Below are positions 27,928 to 38,067 of a DNA stretch of 51,538 nucleotides, piece after piece. Under the pieces are notes generated by a model. It had not been told where the DNA came from and ran no database searches. It was given only the letters and a program-made list of their open reading frames with translations. The stretch spans positions 1 to 51,538 of IMG/VR virus record IMGVR_UViG_3300048571_000060; one strand, given 5' to 3'. The DNA is from a virus. Lineage: Duplodnaviria; Caudoviricetes. The first letter of the stretch is position 1. Each line of letters opens with the position of its first letter. Position numbers and translations under genes: made by a program.

Positions 27928-28409
27928 CAATCGCGGTAGTGAAAGAAATTTTGATAAAAGGCGCCAAGCGTTTTTTAAAAGTCCAAGAGTATGGCGTAAA
28001 GACTGCTGATGTAGTGGCTGACTTTGGTGACGACTCTGCTCCGTTAAAGGATATGATTGCTATATACAGCAAGACAGCCATAGCAGGTGAGGAAATTATT
28101 ATTGGATATATCAATTCAAACCAAATAGCACAACCAGGCGAAAAAAGAATTTTCAGCTTAATGCCTGACGGAAGTTTGTCTTTTGATATTTACTTGCGTA
28201 ATGATGGAACTTGTGAAATTGGTGGCAACGTTGATAACGCTGTTAGGTATTTGGCTTTAAATACTGCTCTGCAATTACAGGTACAGGCAATAAATGCTCA
28301 ATTAACTGCCATTTCTTTGGCGATTGCAGGTGTTGGCGGAACCTACACACCTGCGCCAATAACTCTAGATTTAACGTCAGCCAAAATTGAAGAAGTTAAG
28401 ACTTCTTAA
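27924..28409 (+). CDS. baseplate spike / assembly protein (Mu gp45-like)
   Basis: 'FGDDSAP', 'PGEKRIFS', 'IYLRNDG'; follows the hub gene. Confidence 0.7.
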   Translation: MTIAVVKEILIKGAKRFLKVQEYGVKTADVVADFGDDSAPLKDMIAIYSKTAIAGEEIIIGYINSNQIAQPGEKRIFSLMPDGSLSFDIYLRNDGTCEIGGNVDNAVRYLALNTALQLQVQAINAQLTAISLAIAGVGGTYTPAPITLDLTSAKIEEVKTS

Positions 28410-28683
28410 AGTCCTTGATTAAATCAGCTCTAGACACGATAAGCACTTTTAGAACCGCATCTATTAAATCTGTTGGTTCTTTTGTGTACCCTTCTTTTTC
28501 AAAACGCCATAACTTTGTGTAAATAGATGACTCTGTTGAATCAGACATTAACTTCGCTTTGAAAATTTGTTTTGATAGTTGTCTTTTTGTTTTGGTTTTT
28601 TTTTCAGCTGGTTCTCTTTGAATTCTAACTGAATCATTTATGATAATACAGTTGTCAATATCTAAAAATTTTGTTGCCGCCAT
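28396..28683 (-). CDS. hypothetical protein (possible DNA-binding)
   Basis: Last gene of the - strand block; its 3' end overlaps the convergent spike gene. Confidence 0.55.
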   Translation of the reverse strand: MAATKFLDIDNCIIINDSVRIQREPAEKKTKTKRQLSKQIFKAKLMSDSTESSIYTKLWRFEKEGYTKEPTDLIDAVLKVLIVSRADLIKDFKKS

Positions 28684-28686
28684 AGT

Positions 28687-29091
28687 TTAAAATTTTATTG
28701 TCTTTGTTTTGACGTTTTTAATTAGTTTTTTTACTTCTTTGATAGTCTTGCCCTTAAAATCTCCTTCGTAACAGGAAATCGCTTCTTCTACTGTTATACA
28801 CAGGCGCCAAATATTCCCTTCACGCTCCCAGGTTTTTGCCCATTCCAACTGCTTCCGAATGCGACTAATTTCATGTCTAGAGCCAGGTGTTTTTAATTCA
28901 GTAGCAACGTTGAATTTCTTGCTAAAAAATATAAAATCAGCCACACCAGGAATGATTCCAATAGCTCTGGCTTTAAATGCTTGAATGGCATGGTTTCGTT
29001 CATTTGAAATGTGAAACAGTTGCCCTGATTTGTCAGGATATAGCTCAGAGTGTTTCCGAGCTATATCTGACTGAAGCTTTTCCTCTCGCAT
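28687..29091 (-). CDS. VRR-NUC (PD-(D/E)xK) nuclease
   Basis: 'EEKLQ', 'FHISNE', 'GIIPGVAD', 'ELKT'. Confidence 0.85.
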   Translation of the reverse strand: MREEKLQSDIARKHSELYPDKSGQLFHISNERNHAIQAFKARAIGIIPGVADFIFFSKKFNVATELKTPGSRHEISRIRKQLEWAKTWEREGNIWRLCITVEEAISCYEGDFKGKTIKEVKKLIKNVKTKTIKF

Positions 29092-29600
29092 TAAAAAGGT
29101 AAATCATCATCTTCATCAATGTCGCCTTTTTTACCGGACGTATCATTTGCAGAACCTTGATGGTCTTCAAAATCTTTGATGTTACCCAAAATAGGCAAGG
29201 CTTTGAATTTTTCTTTTTCTTTTTCAGAACATTCGCTCCATTTTTTGTTTCCGTTTTGAGCGATAAATCCGTTCTGTCCAAAGTCGTCTTGTGGTGTTTT
29301 TGTAACCACTGACAATGCTAAATAAACAGCGTCTTCTTTTCCTTCAACCAAACAGTTTTCTTTGATTGGAATAAACAGTCCTTTAATCTTGTCGCCTTTT
29401 TTGTTTTTCTTCGTCATAATGACGTGAACCAACTTTGTTAGCGCAATACTACCTGAGAATTTCTTTTGAGTGAATTCAGTGTTTTTGTTGCTTGGTTTTT
29501 TGTCTTTTCCTTTCTCAGGTTTTTTTGTGTCTTTTTTAGAAGACTCTTTTGCTTTCGCTTTTTCAGGTTTTTTGTCTTTCGACTTTTCAGCTTTTGCCAT
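29091..29600 (-). CDS. putative single-stranded DNA-binding protein with a Lys-rich N-terminal extension
   Basis: Acidic tail 'DEDDDLPF'; 'PILGN' core typical of Bacteroidota phage SSB-like proteins. Confidence 0.65.
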   Translation of the reverse strand: MAKAEKSKDKKPEKAKAKESSKKDTKKPEKGKDKKPSNKNTEFTQKKFSGSIALTKLVHVIMTKKNKKGDKIKGLFIPIKENCLVEGKEDAVYLALSVVTKTPQDDFGQNGFIAQNGNKKWSECSEKEKEKFKALPILGNIKDFEDHQGSANDTSGKKGDIDEDDDLPF

Positions 29601-29618
29601 TTTTACATTGTTTAATTA

Positions 29619-31247
29619 TTAATATCTATTTCTGCAATCGTTAATCACAAATTGTGTTCTGCTCGGCTTCCAATTATTTGCCGCCGCATATTCTTTAATG
29701 GTTGTTTCACCATCTCTAATCCAAAGCATTCTATATAACCAATTCATATGGTGTTTTTTAATTGAACGGTAAGCAGTTAATTCATCAAAGTCCATATCCT
29801 TAAACGCTTTTGGCTTAATTGAATGTCCTTGTTCATCAACTAATTCAGCAAGAACCAAATCAACTTCTTTTGCTTTAGTTTTGTCTGGGTATTTGAACCC
29901 GCAAAATGGACAAAGTTTGTAAGCCGCCAAAATTAATCGTTTACAGCCTTTCTTGATTTTTGCGGCGCCCTTTATTCGTTCGCCTTTTGAATCCTCGCCA
30001 CATATTTTCATTGGCGGTATTCCTCCGCCTGGCTTGACCTCATCATGCCACAAACTCCAATCCCTATCTACATCGTATGGCCCAAAACGTGCTTTATTTC
30101 CGCCAAAATCCAAAACAGTGAAGTGAGTTTTAATAGGTTGATTTTTGTCCTTTAAAATTCTACCGCCACGTCCCAACATTTGCAGGTATAAAACCAGCGA
30201 CATTGTTGCTCTGTACAATGCAATGACGCGAACACTTGGGTCGTCAAAACCAGTAGTTGCAATATCTACATTCACTAAAACGGCGTCGTTATTGCTTTTA
30301 AACCACTTAAACACATCATCACGTTCTCCACTCAATTTGTGAAAATGCTTTTGATATAGCTTAAACGATTTAAAGCGTTCTTTGAACAATGCTTCGTTGG
30401 CTTGATTCCATTTTTTAGGTTCCTTTGGCGCTGTTTTTTTGCTTGATATAAATTTAGCGTTCACACCCTGTTTTTTTAGCTCTTTGGCTGTCTTAATAGC
30501 GTGTTCAACGTTACAACAGAACACCATCATTTTTTGTCCTTTGCAGTGAGTTAAATAGTTTTTTACTAACCCTCTGTAGAGTTTAGCGTTATCAAACTTT
30601 TTAAACATTGAAGTTTCAGAAAAATCACCCTTCATTTTGTTTACTGCTACATTTGTCAAGTCAGGTGTGCCGCAATCAAGAATGTCACAGTTCAAAAGAT
30701 AGCCTTTTTTAATTAGCCACTTGATTGGTTTTCCACGAACGATTGAATTATACTGAATACCAAGTTGAGTCATTTTTCCGGCCCTTGTTGGTGTCGCAGT
30801 AAAACCAATCACATATTTGTTTTCAAGAAAACTATCATCAAACATATGGTTGAATTCCTGTTTGTGTGCTTCGTCAATAATGATTAAGCCAACGTGGTCT
30901 CTAATAAAATTGTACCACATAGGAATTGTCATTCTGTTTCGTAACGTTTGTGACATTGCTATATAAATGCTCTTCGATTTGTCAATGAACTTGGTGCCGG
31001 CTTGAATGTAGTAAGGATTCATATCGAAGCTTTCTATCGTTCCGCCAGCTTGTGATAGAAGTTCAGTTCTATCTGTTATTATCAACACTTTTTTGTTCTT
31101 CAAAGATGTTTGTTTTGCAATATATGAAAACATTACAGTCTTACCTGAACCAGTCGGCGATTGCCCGATAACTCGTTTGTTGCCTTTTTTAAATTCCTTC
31201 AATATTTCTTTTACAAATTGTCCCTGGTGCTTATATAGTGTAATCAT
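29619..31247 (-). CDS. superfamily 2 helicase (DEAH, RadD/ResIII-like) with a Zn finger
   Basis: 'SPTGSGKT', 'IIDEAH', 'TATP', 'TTGFD', 'QMLGRGGR', 'CPFCG'. Confidence 0.92.
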   Translation of the reverse strand: MITLYKHQGQFVKEILKEFKKGNKRVIGQSPTGSGKTVMFSYIAKQTSLKNKKVLIITDRTELLSQAGGTIESFDMNPYYIQAGTKFIDKSKSIYIAMSQTLRNRMTIPMWYNFIRDHVGLIIIDEAHKQEFNHMFDDSFLENKYVIGFTATPTRAGKMTQLGIQYNSIVRGKPIKWLIKKGYLLNCDILDCGTPDLTNVAVNKMKGDFSETSMFKKFDNAKLYRGLVKNYLTHCKGQKMMVFCCNVEHAIKTAKELKKQGVNAKFISSKKTAPKEPKKWNQANEALFKERFKSFKLYQKHFHKLSGERDDVFKWFKSNNDAVLVNVDIATTGFDDPSVRVIALYRATMSLVLYLQMLGRGGRILKDKNQPIKTHFTVLDFGGNKARFGPYDVDRDWSLWHDEVKPGGGIPPMKICGEDSKGERIKGAAKIKKGCKRLILAAYKLCPFCGFKYPDKTKAKEVDLVLAELVDEQGHSIKPKAFKDMDFDELTAYRSIKKHHMNWLYRMLWIRDGETTIKEYAAANNWKPSRTQFVINDCRNRY

Positions 31248-32914
31248 TCATTCATCAATATTTCACCGTTTTCAATTAGTATCTCACCGTCTTTTAATTG
31301 TGATGCTTTGAAATCACCTGTCCAATTTATGAACAGCCACAAATCTAATTCTTTAGCCATTTTCTCTAACAGCGTTTTAGTTTTTGAATCAATAGGTACG
31401 TCGTCAATCCATAAATACGGCAACGTTTTGTTTTTCTTGCTCAATAAGTAATTTTGAATCAACAAACAAATCATTGGCTTTTGAGTGCCACTATATGCAG
31501 ACACTTTTCGCAGGTCTTTGTTTTCGTTGTTGAAATATTTCTTATCATAACTGCCATCGTACATTAAATAAATGTTTTCATCTTCATCATTGTTTTGGTC
31601 CGTGCAAATGTACAATCCTTTAACTCCGGTATCAATGTTAGTTAGCTTGTCATAATAGTCTTTTTTAATGTTGTTGACGACTTGGTTAGCGTCAGACCAG
31701 TCATGAAACGAATTTATAGCTTCACTGTCTTTGTTATATGTTTTGGCGCTGTTTAAAGCCTTTTCAGCCGTCTCAAGTTGTGATTTCAATTCAGTATCAT
31801 CAAACGCATTTTCAGAATCTTTTAATGTTTGATATTTTTCAGATACTTCTTTATGTTCTTTCAGTAGTTTAAACAGTACTTTGTTTGATTTGAATTCTTT
31901 TGCTTTTGATTTGATTTTTCCTTTATCGTTGAATTCAATTTCATCTTCAATTTCTCCAAGATTTGGAATGTGTTTTTTGATGAATGCTTTTATTGAGTCA
32001 AGATGCTCACCATTTTCGTTATCACGCCATAATTCAAAAAGTGCGTCATTTACTTTTTTAATATTTTCAGCTTGAAGTTTTCTTGCGGTATTTTTAAGAA
32101 CAATTTCACCGTTGATTTTGCGAACGTCTGCAACAATTTCAAAACCTCTAGAGCTCAATTTACTTAATTCAGCATCCCTTGTCTGCTCTAGACTCGTTTG
32201 TGCTAAAGTAATTTTAGACTCAATGGTATTGTAGTCTTTTTGCAGTTTTTCAACATCCTTTAATTTTCTACGGTCAGTAAATATCATGCCCTTTTTAGTC
32301 ATGTCGTCAGCAATTCCGCCAACTTCTTTACGCTTCATATCCTTGTGGTTTCTTTCGTTTTTAGCGATTTCAATTTTGTGGATAATTCCTTTGGTATAAT
32401 CAGGATGCTTTTTGTCGTAAATAACGCCCTCGGCTTCAAGTTCGTTTTTATATAGTTCCAGCAGTATGTTTCGTTGAACGGTTGGATTTTCACTTGTCAA
32501 CTCATCCAGGCGCCAAGTCAACGCTGTTTGCAATGACTTTAAATAACTGGCTGGTGTTGCTCGTTGTCCGTCTATCACAACGTCTTTAACTTTGTTGCCG
32601 TCTTTATCAATGCCATAAAGGAAATAACTGAGTGACTGATTTTTGTCAGTTCTGCAACCAACATAGATGCTCATATCTCCGTCAGAAAGTTGGGCAGTGA
32701 CGTCAATGTCACCATATAGGTTTTTGTCAGTTAAAACGCCGCTTCCTTGAGTAGTTAGCCGCATGGCTCTATTGAGTGTGGTTTTACCCGCACCAACTTC
32801 GCCCTTTACGATTGTTAGCCTGTTTTTTTCATTAAACGTCAAGTTGACGGCTTTTAAACCGCCAAACTGATGTTCAATTGAAAGGCCTATGATTTTAACT
32901 TGTTTCTGTTTCAT
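31244..32914 (-). CDS. SMC/Rad50-like coiled-coil ABC ATPase
   Basis: Walker A 'GEVGAGKTT', long coiled coil, signature 'YSGTQ', Walker B 'LWIDD'. Confidence 0.75.
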   Translation of the reverse strand: MKQKQVKIIGLSIEHQFGGLKAVNLTFNEKNRLTIVKGEVGAGKTTLNRAMRLTTQGSGVLTDKNLYGDIDVTAQLSDGDMSIYVGCRTDKNQSLSYFLYGIDKDGNKVKDVVIDGQRATPASYLKSLQTALTWRLDELTSENPTVQRNILLELYKNELEAEGVIYDKKHPDYTKGIIHKIEIAKNERNHKDMKRKEVGGIADDMTKKGMIFTDRRKLKDVEKLQKDYNTIESKITLAQTSLEQTRDAELSKLSSRGFEIVADVRKINGEIVLKNTARKLQAENIKKVNDALFELWRDNENGEHLDSIKAFIKKHIPNLGEIEDEIEFNDKGKIKSKAKEFKSNKVLFKLLKEHKEVSEKYQTLKDSENAFDDTELKSQLETAEKALNSAKTYNKDSEAINSFHDWSDANQVVNNIKKDYYDKLTNIDTGVKGLYICTDQNNDEDENIYLMYDGSYDKKYFNNENKDLRKVSAYSGTQKPMICLLIQNYLLSKKNKTLPYLWIDDVPIDSKTKTLLEKMAKELDLWLFINWTGDFKASQLKDGEILIENGEILMNE

Positions 32915-33687
32915 ATTATTTTGAAATTAGTAACTTTGAAATATTGTTTCTCGTAGTCTTCATTGTGATTGTCTGTTGTGATAGTTAAAAGAGCTTTTTT
33001 GTTTTTGATTCTTTTACCAACACCATTAACAGTTGGAAGTCCGTATCTGTGACCATCATAATACATTTCTTTAAACATCCCATTGTTGAATCTTAAATGA
33101 CCGTAAACCAAATCGTTATAGTAAGCAAAATAATCAGCCACTGATAAGTTTTTAGCAAACTCAACTTCAACATCAATAGTTTTATCAATCAATTCAACAT
33201 ATAGTTTTTGACGAGCATCATAACGCTGTTGATTGTATTTGATTTCATCAGCTTGTTCTTGTGTTTGATAAACTTCGTCTTCAAACTTAACCCAATTATA
33301 TCTATCAACTAAAATTGATTCAATAAGTTCTTTTTGCTCACCTACTGCTTTGTTGGTTAAAAACCATGAATAATAGCTTTCATCATCAACGTCTGAAAAT
33401 TTTCTACCTGTATATTTACCAATTCCAAAAAAATCTGATGGAAAAGGCGATGCGTTGTTAGTTGACTTTTCAAATGAACGTGTGATACCTCTTAATTCTT
33501 CATTGATTGGAACGCCTGGATAAAGTGCTTTCACTTTGTCTAATGATATTGAAACGTTTTTGCAATAAAGATATTTATATGATGTGCCTGAGTGCCAATG
33601 CTTACCATAGGCGTCAGTGGTATAGTGCTCTTCCTGTAATACGTCCCACAATGTATAAAACTGATTAGCAAATCCTATTGTCGTCAT
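32911..33687 (-). CDS. hypothetical early protein
   Basis: 258 aa with a 'GIGKYTGRKFSDV' (FGKY-like) motif; directly downstream of promoter copy 1. Confidence 0.75.
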   Translation of the reverse strand: MTTIGFANQFYTLWDVLQEEHYTTDAYGKHWHSGTSYKYLYCKNVSISLDKVKALYPGVPINEELRGITRSFEKSTNNASPFPSDFFGIGKYTGRKFSDVDDESYYSWFLTNKAVGEQKELIESILVDRYNWVKFEDEVYQTQEQADEIKYNQQRYDARQKLYVELIDKTIDVEVEFAKNLSVADYFAYYNDLVYGHLRFNNGMFKEMYYDGHRYGLPTVNGVGKRIKNKKALLTITTDNHNEDYEKQYFKVTNFKII

Positions 33688-33704
33688 TTTGTTGTTTTTT
33701 TATT

Positions 33705-33770
33705 GTTGTTCTACTCTGCGAATGTACGACAATAAATTAACCTGCAAAATTTTTCGCAAACTTTTTTTCA
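33705..33770 (-). promoter_or_regulatory. conserved early promoter/operator element, copy 1 of 4
   Basis: - strand TGCGAAAAATTTTGCA...TACATTCGCAGAGTAGAACAAC. Confidence 0.75.
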
Positions 33771-34654
33771 CTTATTTTCAATTTATCTTGATTCTGTTTG
33801 TAAAAATCAATTGACTTATACAGTATTTCCCGCAGGTTACCGCCTTTGGTTAAAAATTGATTTAATGCGTTTTCAGATATGATAATTCGTTTAAGCAATG
33901 CTTCCTGGTGCATTTTAGACGCTTTGATTACTTGAATTGTAATTGGACATTCCTTCAAAAAATCTTTGTATAAATCCATTATATCACCGTCATAGTACAA
34001 ATACTTTCTAATATCAATTGGCGGCTCAGATACCACATAGTAGGTGATTGGTACTTGCCAAGCAATCATCTGTCCTTGAACTTGCCAAAAGTCAATCCCC
34101 TTATCATCCATCATTTCAAAAGTTCTTTCGTAATGCGTTCCCCACGCCGTACAGGCTTTCATTTCAACACTTGCAAGAACAACACCTTTTTCATCTTCAA
34201 ATATCGAATCACTTGAAACTCCAGCGTTTGGCATCATTGGAAACTGTTTAAAACCAACACTTTTGATTCTTCCATGAATTCCCATTTCTTTCAATTTTCG
34301 CTTGGTAGCTTTTTGAATAAGTGGCTCGACTTTTGTGCCGTACTGCATTTCCTTTGTCCCTTGTCCCATATCAATATATCTGCCAGTCTTACGTTCCATC
34401 GCATTTTCGTAGATATACTTTAAAGCAGTATTTCCAAAGTGAAATAATTTATCAATTTCATTCCACGTAATACGTCCGCCTGACTGCGAACAAGACATTA
34501 GATTTTTAAGTTGTGCGCCAGTCCAACGTCCTAACCGCTCTAGACGCCACTTCTCTGTTCGTTGCAGGTCTTTTGGCTTTTTAGCTTTCTTTTCCTTTGG
34601 CAAATCAAGATTAATGTCTGATTGTTTTGGTTTTTTAAATTCACTTTTTGGCAT
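33737..34654 (-). CDS. YqaJ / lambda-exonuclease-like recombination nuclease (start MPKSEF at 34654)
   Basis: 'QRTEKWRLERLGRWTG', 'MQYGTKVEP', 'GVSSD', 'VEMKA', 'WQVQGQM'. Confidence 0.85.
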   Translation of the reverse strand: MPKSEFKKPKQSDINLDLPKEKKAKKPKDLQRTEKWRLERLGRWTGAQLKNLMSCSQSGGRITWNEIDKLFHFGNTALKYIYENAMERKTGRYIDMGQGTKEMQYGTKVEPLIQKATKRKLKEMGIHGRIKSVGFKQFPMMPNAGVSSDSIFEDEKGVVLASVEMKACTAWGTHYERTFEMMDDKGIDFWQVQGQMIAWQVPITYYVVSEPPIDIRKYLYYDGDIMDLYKDFLKECPITIQVIKASKMHQEALLKRIIISENALNQFLTKGGNLREILYKSIDFYKQNQDKLKISEKKFAKNFAG

Positions 34655-35162
34655 CTTTCTTTGATTTTTTAGGTTCTGTTTTTGGTGCCATGCTATATCC
34701 GGCAGATACTGCTCGTCCAAGGTTTCGTCCAAATACATTTCCAAAAGTTGCAAGGGCGTTCCCTATTGCAGAAGTCCTGGCGTTTGGCGCACAATACTCA
34801 AGCGAGTTTGGGATTTTGCCCAGCGGAAACTTATGCACTAAAGACCCACTTTTTGCCGCTATAGGCTTTGCGCCTGTGCCGGATATTGTACGGTATTCAG
34901 CATTCGGATAGCTTGGCAAACATAGTATTTTTACAGTACACAAGATTTCATTTTCAATCTGTTCATACTGTTCATCAAACACATCGAATTGGTCAAACAG
35001 GATGTCGGCCAGCGCCTGTTGTATTGGAATTGGAATGTAGCTTGACGACTTGCCTGCTCCAAGGCTTCGTGACTTAATCCAGCTTTCTTTTGGTGCTTGG
35101 TTTATTGCATCACGCCAAGCGTCTTTTGATGCAAACCTGTACGTTTCTTTTGTTTCTGACAT
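34641..35162 (-). CDS. Rad52/Sak-like single-strand annealing protein
   Basis: 'YIPI', 'CTVKI', 'GTGA', 'AIGNALATFGNVFGRNL'; adjacent to the exonuclease. Confidence 0.7.
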   Translation of the reverse strand: MSETKETYRFASKDAWRDAINQAPKESWIKSRSLGAGKSSSYIPIPIQQALADILFDQFDVFDEQYEQIENEILCTVKILCLPSYPNAEYRTISGTGAKPIAAKSGSLVHKFPLGKIPNSLEYCAPNARTSAIGNALATFGNVFGRNLGRAVSAGYSMAPKTEPKKSKKDAKK

Positions 35163-35164
35163 AA

Positions 35165-35542
35165 TTATTTTTTATCTATAGTTTCAAATCTTCTAATTGG
35201 AATCAATACTTGTTCGTTATTTAACCAAACACCAAACTCTTGAACGTCTGTATTTTCAGTCAATATATAGCAGTCATTTTCAATATCATCTTCAACGCCA
35301 ATCATCCAATATGGTAATCCGTAACGAAGTTTCCAGATTTTTTTTCCGCCAGGACCATATTTGTCAAGTGTAAGAAAGTCACTTTTTACTGCGACCCTTA
35401 ACTTTATGTTGAACTCGAATATCTGCTGTCTTGTTCGCTTTTTTAGATTTTTTATTTCCTTTACTATCTTTTTTGACTGAATCGCCTCCTTTGCCTTTTT
35501 TTCCGGCTTTTTTGTCTTTTTTGCTTTTTGTTTTTTCATCAA
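35165..35542 (-). CDS. hypothetical protein with a Lys-rich N-terminus
   Basis: ORF in the operon. Confidence 0.6.
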   Translation of the reverse strand: MMKKQKAKKTKKPEKKAKEAIQSKKIVKEIKNLKKRTRQQIFEFNIKLRVAVKSDFLTLDKYGPGGKKIWKLRYGLPYWMIGVEDDIENDCYILTENTDVQEFGVWLNNEQVLIPIRRFETIDKK

Positions 35543-35765
35543 TTTCTGCTATAATTTTTTTAACTTCTTTTTTAGTATAGCCAATTCTATTGTTGTGAGC
35601 CATACAGCATATCCAACAACTTTCTATCGTGCTATGTCCAGCAAAGCCAGATTCAGTTGTAGTGCCGTCAGCATTTAAAAATGAACAAAGCCAACCTCTG
35701 TCTTTCGTCATGGCTGGCACTTTTATAGGGATTAATTCACCCTCAAACTTTCTTGAATAAGGCAT
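35379..35765 (-). CDS. hypothetical protein with a Lys-rich C-terminus
   Basis: ORF in the operon; overlaps the next gene. Confidence 0.5.
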   Translation of the reverse strand: MPYSRKFEGELIPIKVPAMTKDRGWLCSFLNADGTTTESGFAGHSTIESCWICCMAHNNRIGYTKKEVKKIIAEIDEKTKSKKDKKAGKKGKGGDSVKKDSKGNKKSKKANKTADIRVQHKVKGRSKK

Positions 35766-35882
35766 ATGGTTTTTGAAAATCTATATTACTGTTATACTTT
35801 TCGCTTTCGACTGAAATACCACAGCCTTTTAATGCTGTGGTAACTCCAATCGCTTTCAGTGGTATTTGCCTTTTTTGCTTTT

Positions 35883-36035
35883 TCATATTTTTTCAACGTA
35901 TAGTTTTGAAATTGGATATTTTGTTGGTTGCTCTTTTGATAGTTTTTTACGCATTCCATAAGCCAATGAAGCTGTTGAATAAGTGCCTACTATTTCGTAA
36001 TCTTTCTTATTTAATTTAAATCTTAATTGATACAT
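35883..36035 (-). CDS. small hypothetical protein (50 aa, MYQLRFKLNKKDYEIVGTYSTASLAYG...)
   Basis: Below the ORF-track cutoff; ATG 15 nt downstream of promoter copy 2. Confidence 0.55.
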   Translation of the reverse strand: MYQLRFKLNKKDYEIVGTYSTASLAYGMRKKLSKEQPTKYPISKLYVEKI

Positions 36036-36050
36036 TTTGCTGGTTTTATC

Positions 36051-36116
36051 GTTGTTCTACAGAACGAATGTACGACAATATTTTTAGTCTGCAAAATTTT
36101 TCGCATATTTTTTCAA
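36051..36116 (-). promoter_or_regulatory. conserved early promoter/operator element, copy 2 of 4
   Basis: Shares TGCGAAAAATTTTGCA, TTGTCGTACATTCG and GTAGAACAAC with copy 1. Confidence 0.75.
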
Positions 36117-36124
36117 GTTTTTTA

Positions 36125-36979
36125 TTAATACTTGATTCCATAGCTGTTGGCAATATAAAAAAACGTTGACAAAGATATTCGATTCATATTTCTACAACGG
36201 TCAAACTTCAAATCTGCGGCTTTTTGTTTATAGCCATGATTATATCTGCTTATTCTGTGAAAGTACTGCCTGCCTGTTTCACCAAAAGCATTGTACAAAG
36301 AACCAGCAATTTTTACCCAATCATTGTAATCAGTAGTGATGTCAACAGCATTCTGTTCAATTAACGAAACAACTGATTCAACTTTGTTTAGGTTTGATTT
36401 TGAAACTCCTGTAAATTTAACTTTTTTGAATTTTTTCTTTTTGGGTATTTGAAACAGTTTTGCGTCAGGATTATAGTAAGCAGTTTTGTCATAACTAAAA
36501 AACCGCAAACGAGTATAATCTTTACAACTTTCATCAATGTTAATTCCAATTGATTTAAGCGACTTTCTAAAATGTATAAAGTATTTTATCAGCTTATCTT
36601 TTTTGTCGATTTTAATAATAGCGTAGACGCCTTCATTACTGACTGAAAAGCCTGTGTACAATGTTGCCGGATGATGACTTAAATATTCCTTGACAGCGTT
36701 CATATCTGCAACCGGGTTTTCTTTCTTATCAATATCTAGACAGATTAGTTCGTTTTTTGATTTAATGTTGTCTAGATTCCTTACTTTTTTAAAAGTGGCT
36801 GAAACTGTTATGCACGGAATTTTCAGTTTGGCTTTTGGGTCTTTGGTTTTTCTGTAATTGACTATTTTGTTTTTGAGTTCATCAGGTGGGTTAATAGTGT
36901 CAGACAGCCATTTATCAAGACTGACGTCTTTTGGCTTTGTGTCTGACACGTTATTGAAATATGATACTTTTATTTTCAT
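36125..36979 (-). CDS. primase-like protein (BT4734/VirE N-terminal-like domain plus PriCT-2)
   Basis: 'KLKIPCITVS', 'ICLDID', 'SVSNEG', 'IDESCKDYTRLRFFSYD', 'DYNDWVKIAGSL'. Confidence 0.8.
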   Translation of the reverse strand: MKIKVSYFNNVSDTKPKDVSLDKWLSDTINPPDELKNKIVNYRKTKDPKAKLKIPCITVSATFKKVRNLDNIKSKNELICLDIDKKENPVADMNAVKEYLSHHPATLYTGFSVSNEGVYAIIKIDKKDKLIKYFIHFRKSLKSIGINIDESCKDYTRLRFFSYDKTAYYNPDAKLFQIPKKKKFKKVKFTGVSKSNLNKVESVVSLIEQNAVDITTDYNDWVKIAGSLYNAFGETGRQYFHRISRYNHGYKQKAADLKFDRCRNMNRISLSTFFYIANSYGIKY

Positions 36980-38067
36980 TATGCTTTGTCAAGCAATACC
37001 GGAGCAATTAAACCACGCATTTTCTTTTCACTAATACAGAATAGATTCTGTTTGCCAAGACTGAATTCAGCGTCTTTTTCAAATACACTTAAAACTTCAA
37101 TCAACATTTTTGAATTAAAACCAATTGTCAATTCTCCTTTGAATTTGATTGGTAAATCTTCCTTAACTCTGCTTGAGCTATTTATGTTATCACAACTTAA
37201 ATTCAAATTATCATTAGTGATGATTAATTTAATTGTTTGAACCTTTTCTTTTGACGACAATGCTGTTACACGTCTAATCGCTGTTAGGAACTTTTCTTTG
37301 TTAATTATAATTGGTGTGGCGTCGTCAACCGTGTCAACAATTTTTTTAAATATCTCAATAGGGAATTTTCCATTTTGTTGTATAGCCATTACCTTTTTAC
37401 GTCCAAATTTGAAGAAGATAGCATTTTCGTTATACTTCATTTCAACATTTGTATTTTCGTCAAGCAGGTTTTGAATGGCTGTTGAGGCTCTACCACTAAT
37501 AAGGATATCAAATTTGTCACCGCTACCTTTTACAACTTCTTGAAACAAACTAACTTTATTGGTTGAGCGTATTGTGATTTTTTTACCTATTTGAATTGAC
37601 AAGTTTGCCATTGGCTCCAAATCATTATCAATAACGAATTTGTTCGCAACCTTTAAAGTCTTTTTCAAATGTGTTGCATCAATTTCAGCAGTAAGTTTCA
37701 TTTTTTCGTCCTTTGCGTCTGGGTAAATAGCCGCATCTTCTAACGGGATTTTAAAATCACCACTCTTGTGCATAACGACACAATTCTTATCGTCAATTTT
37801 AAGCGTGATTTCCTGGTTCTTAATACTTTTCAATGCCGCTATAAACATCGAGTGGTTGATGCAAAAAACAACTAAATCTTCGTTCTTAATGTCAACTGAA
37901 TTTTCGCAACGAACTTCGTGATTGTCACCTGTTACGGTTAGTTCGTTTTTCTTGATATCAATCTTAACGCATTGTAAGATTGGCACCATGTGTCCGGGAT
38001 TGATTACTGCTTGAAGTGGCTCCAAAGCAGTAATCAGTGAGTCGCTGTTAATTTTTATTTTTGTCAT
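36979..38067 (-). CDS. dnaN: DNA polymerase III beta sliding clamp homologue
   Basis: 362 aa; 'PILQCVKI', 'GKFP', 'IGFNSKMLIEVL', 'GLIAPV'. Confidence 0.85.
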   Translation of the reverse strand: MTKIKINSDSLITALEPLQAVINPGHMVPILQCVKIDIKKNELTVTGDNHEVRCENSVDIKNEDLVVFCINHSMFIAALKSIKNQEITLKIDDKNCVVMHKSGDFKIPLEDAAIYPDAKDEKMKLTAEIDATHLKKTLKVANKFVIDNDLEPMANLSIQIGKKITIRSTNKVSLFQEVVKGSGDKFDILISGRASTAIQNLLDENTNVEMKYNENAIFFKFGRKKVMAIQQNGKFPIEIFKKIVDTVDDATPIIINKEKFLTAIRRVTALSSKEKVQTIKLIITNDNLNLSCDNINSSSRVKEDLPIKFKGELTIGFNSKMLIEVLSVFEKDAEFSLGKQNLFCISEKKMRGLIAPVLLDKA

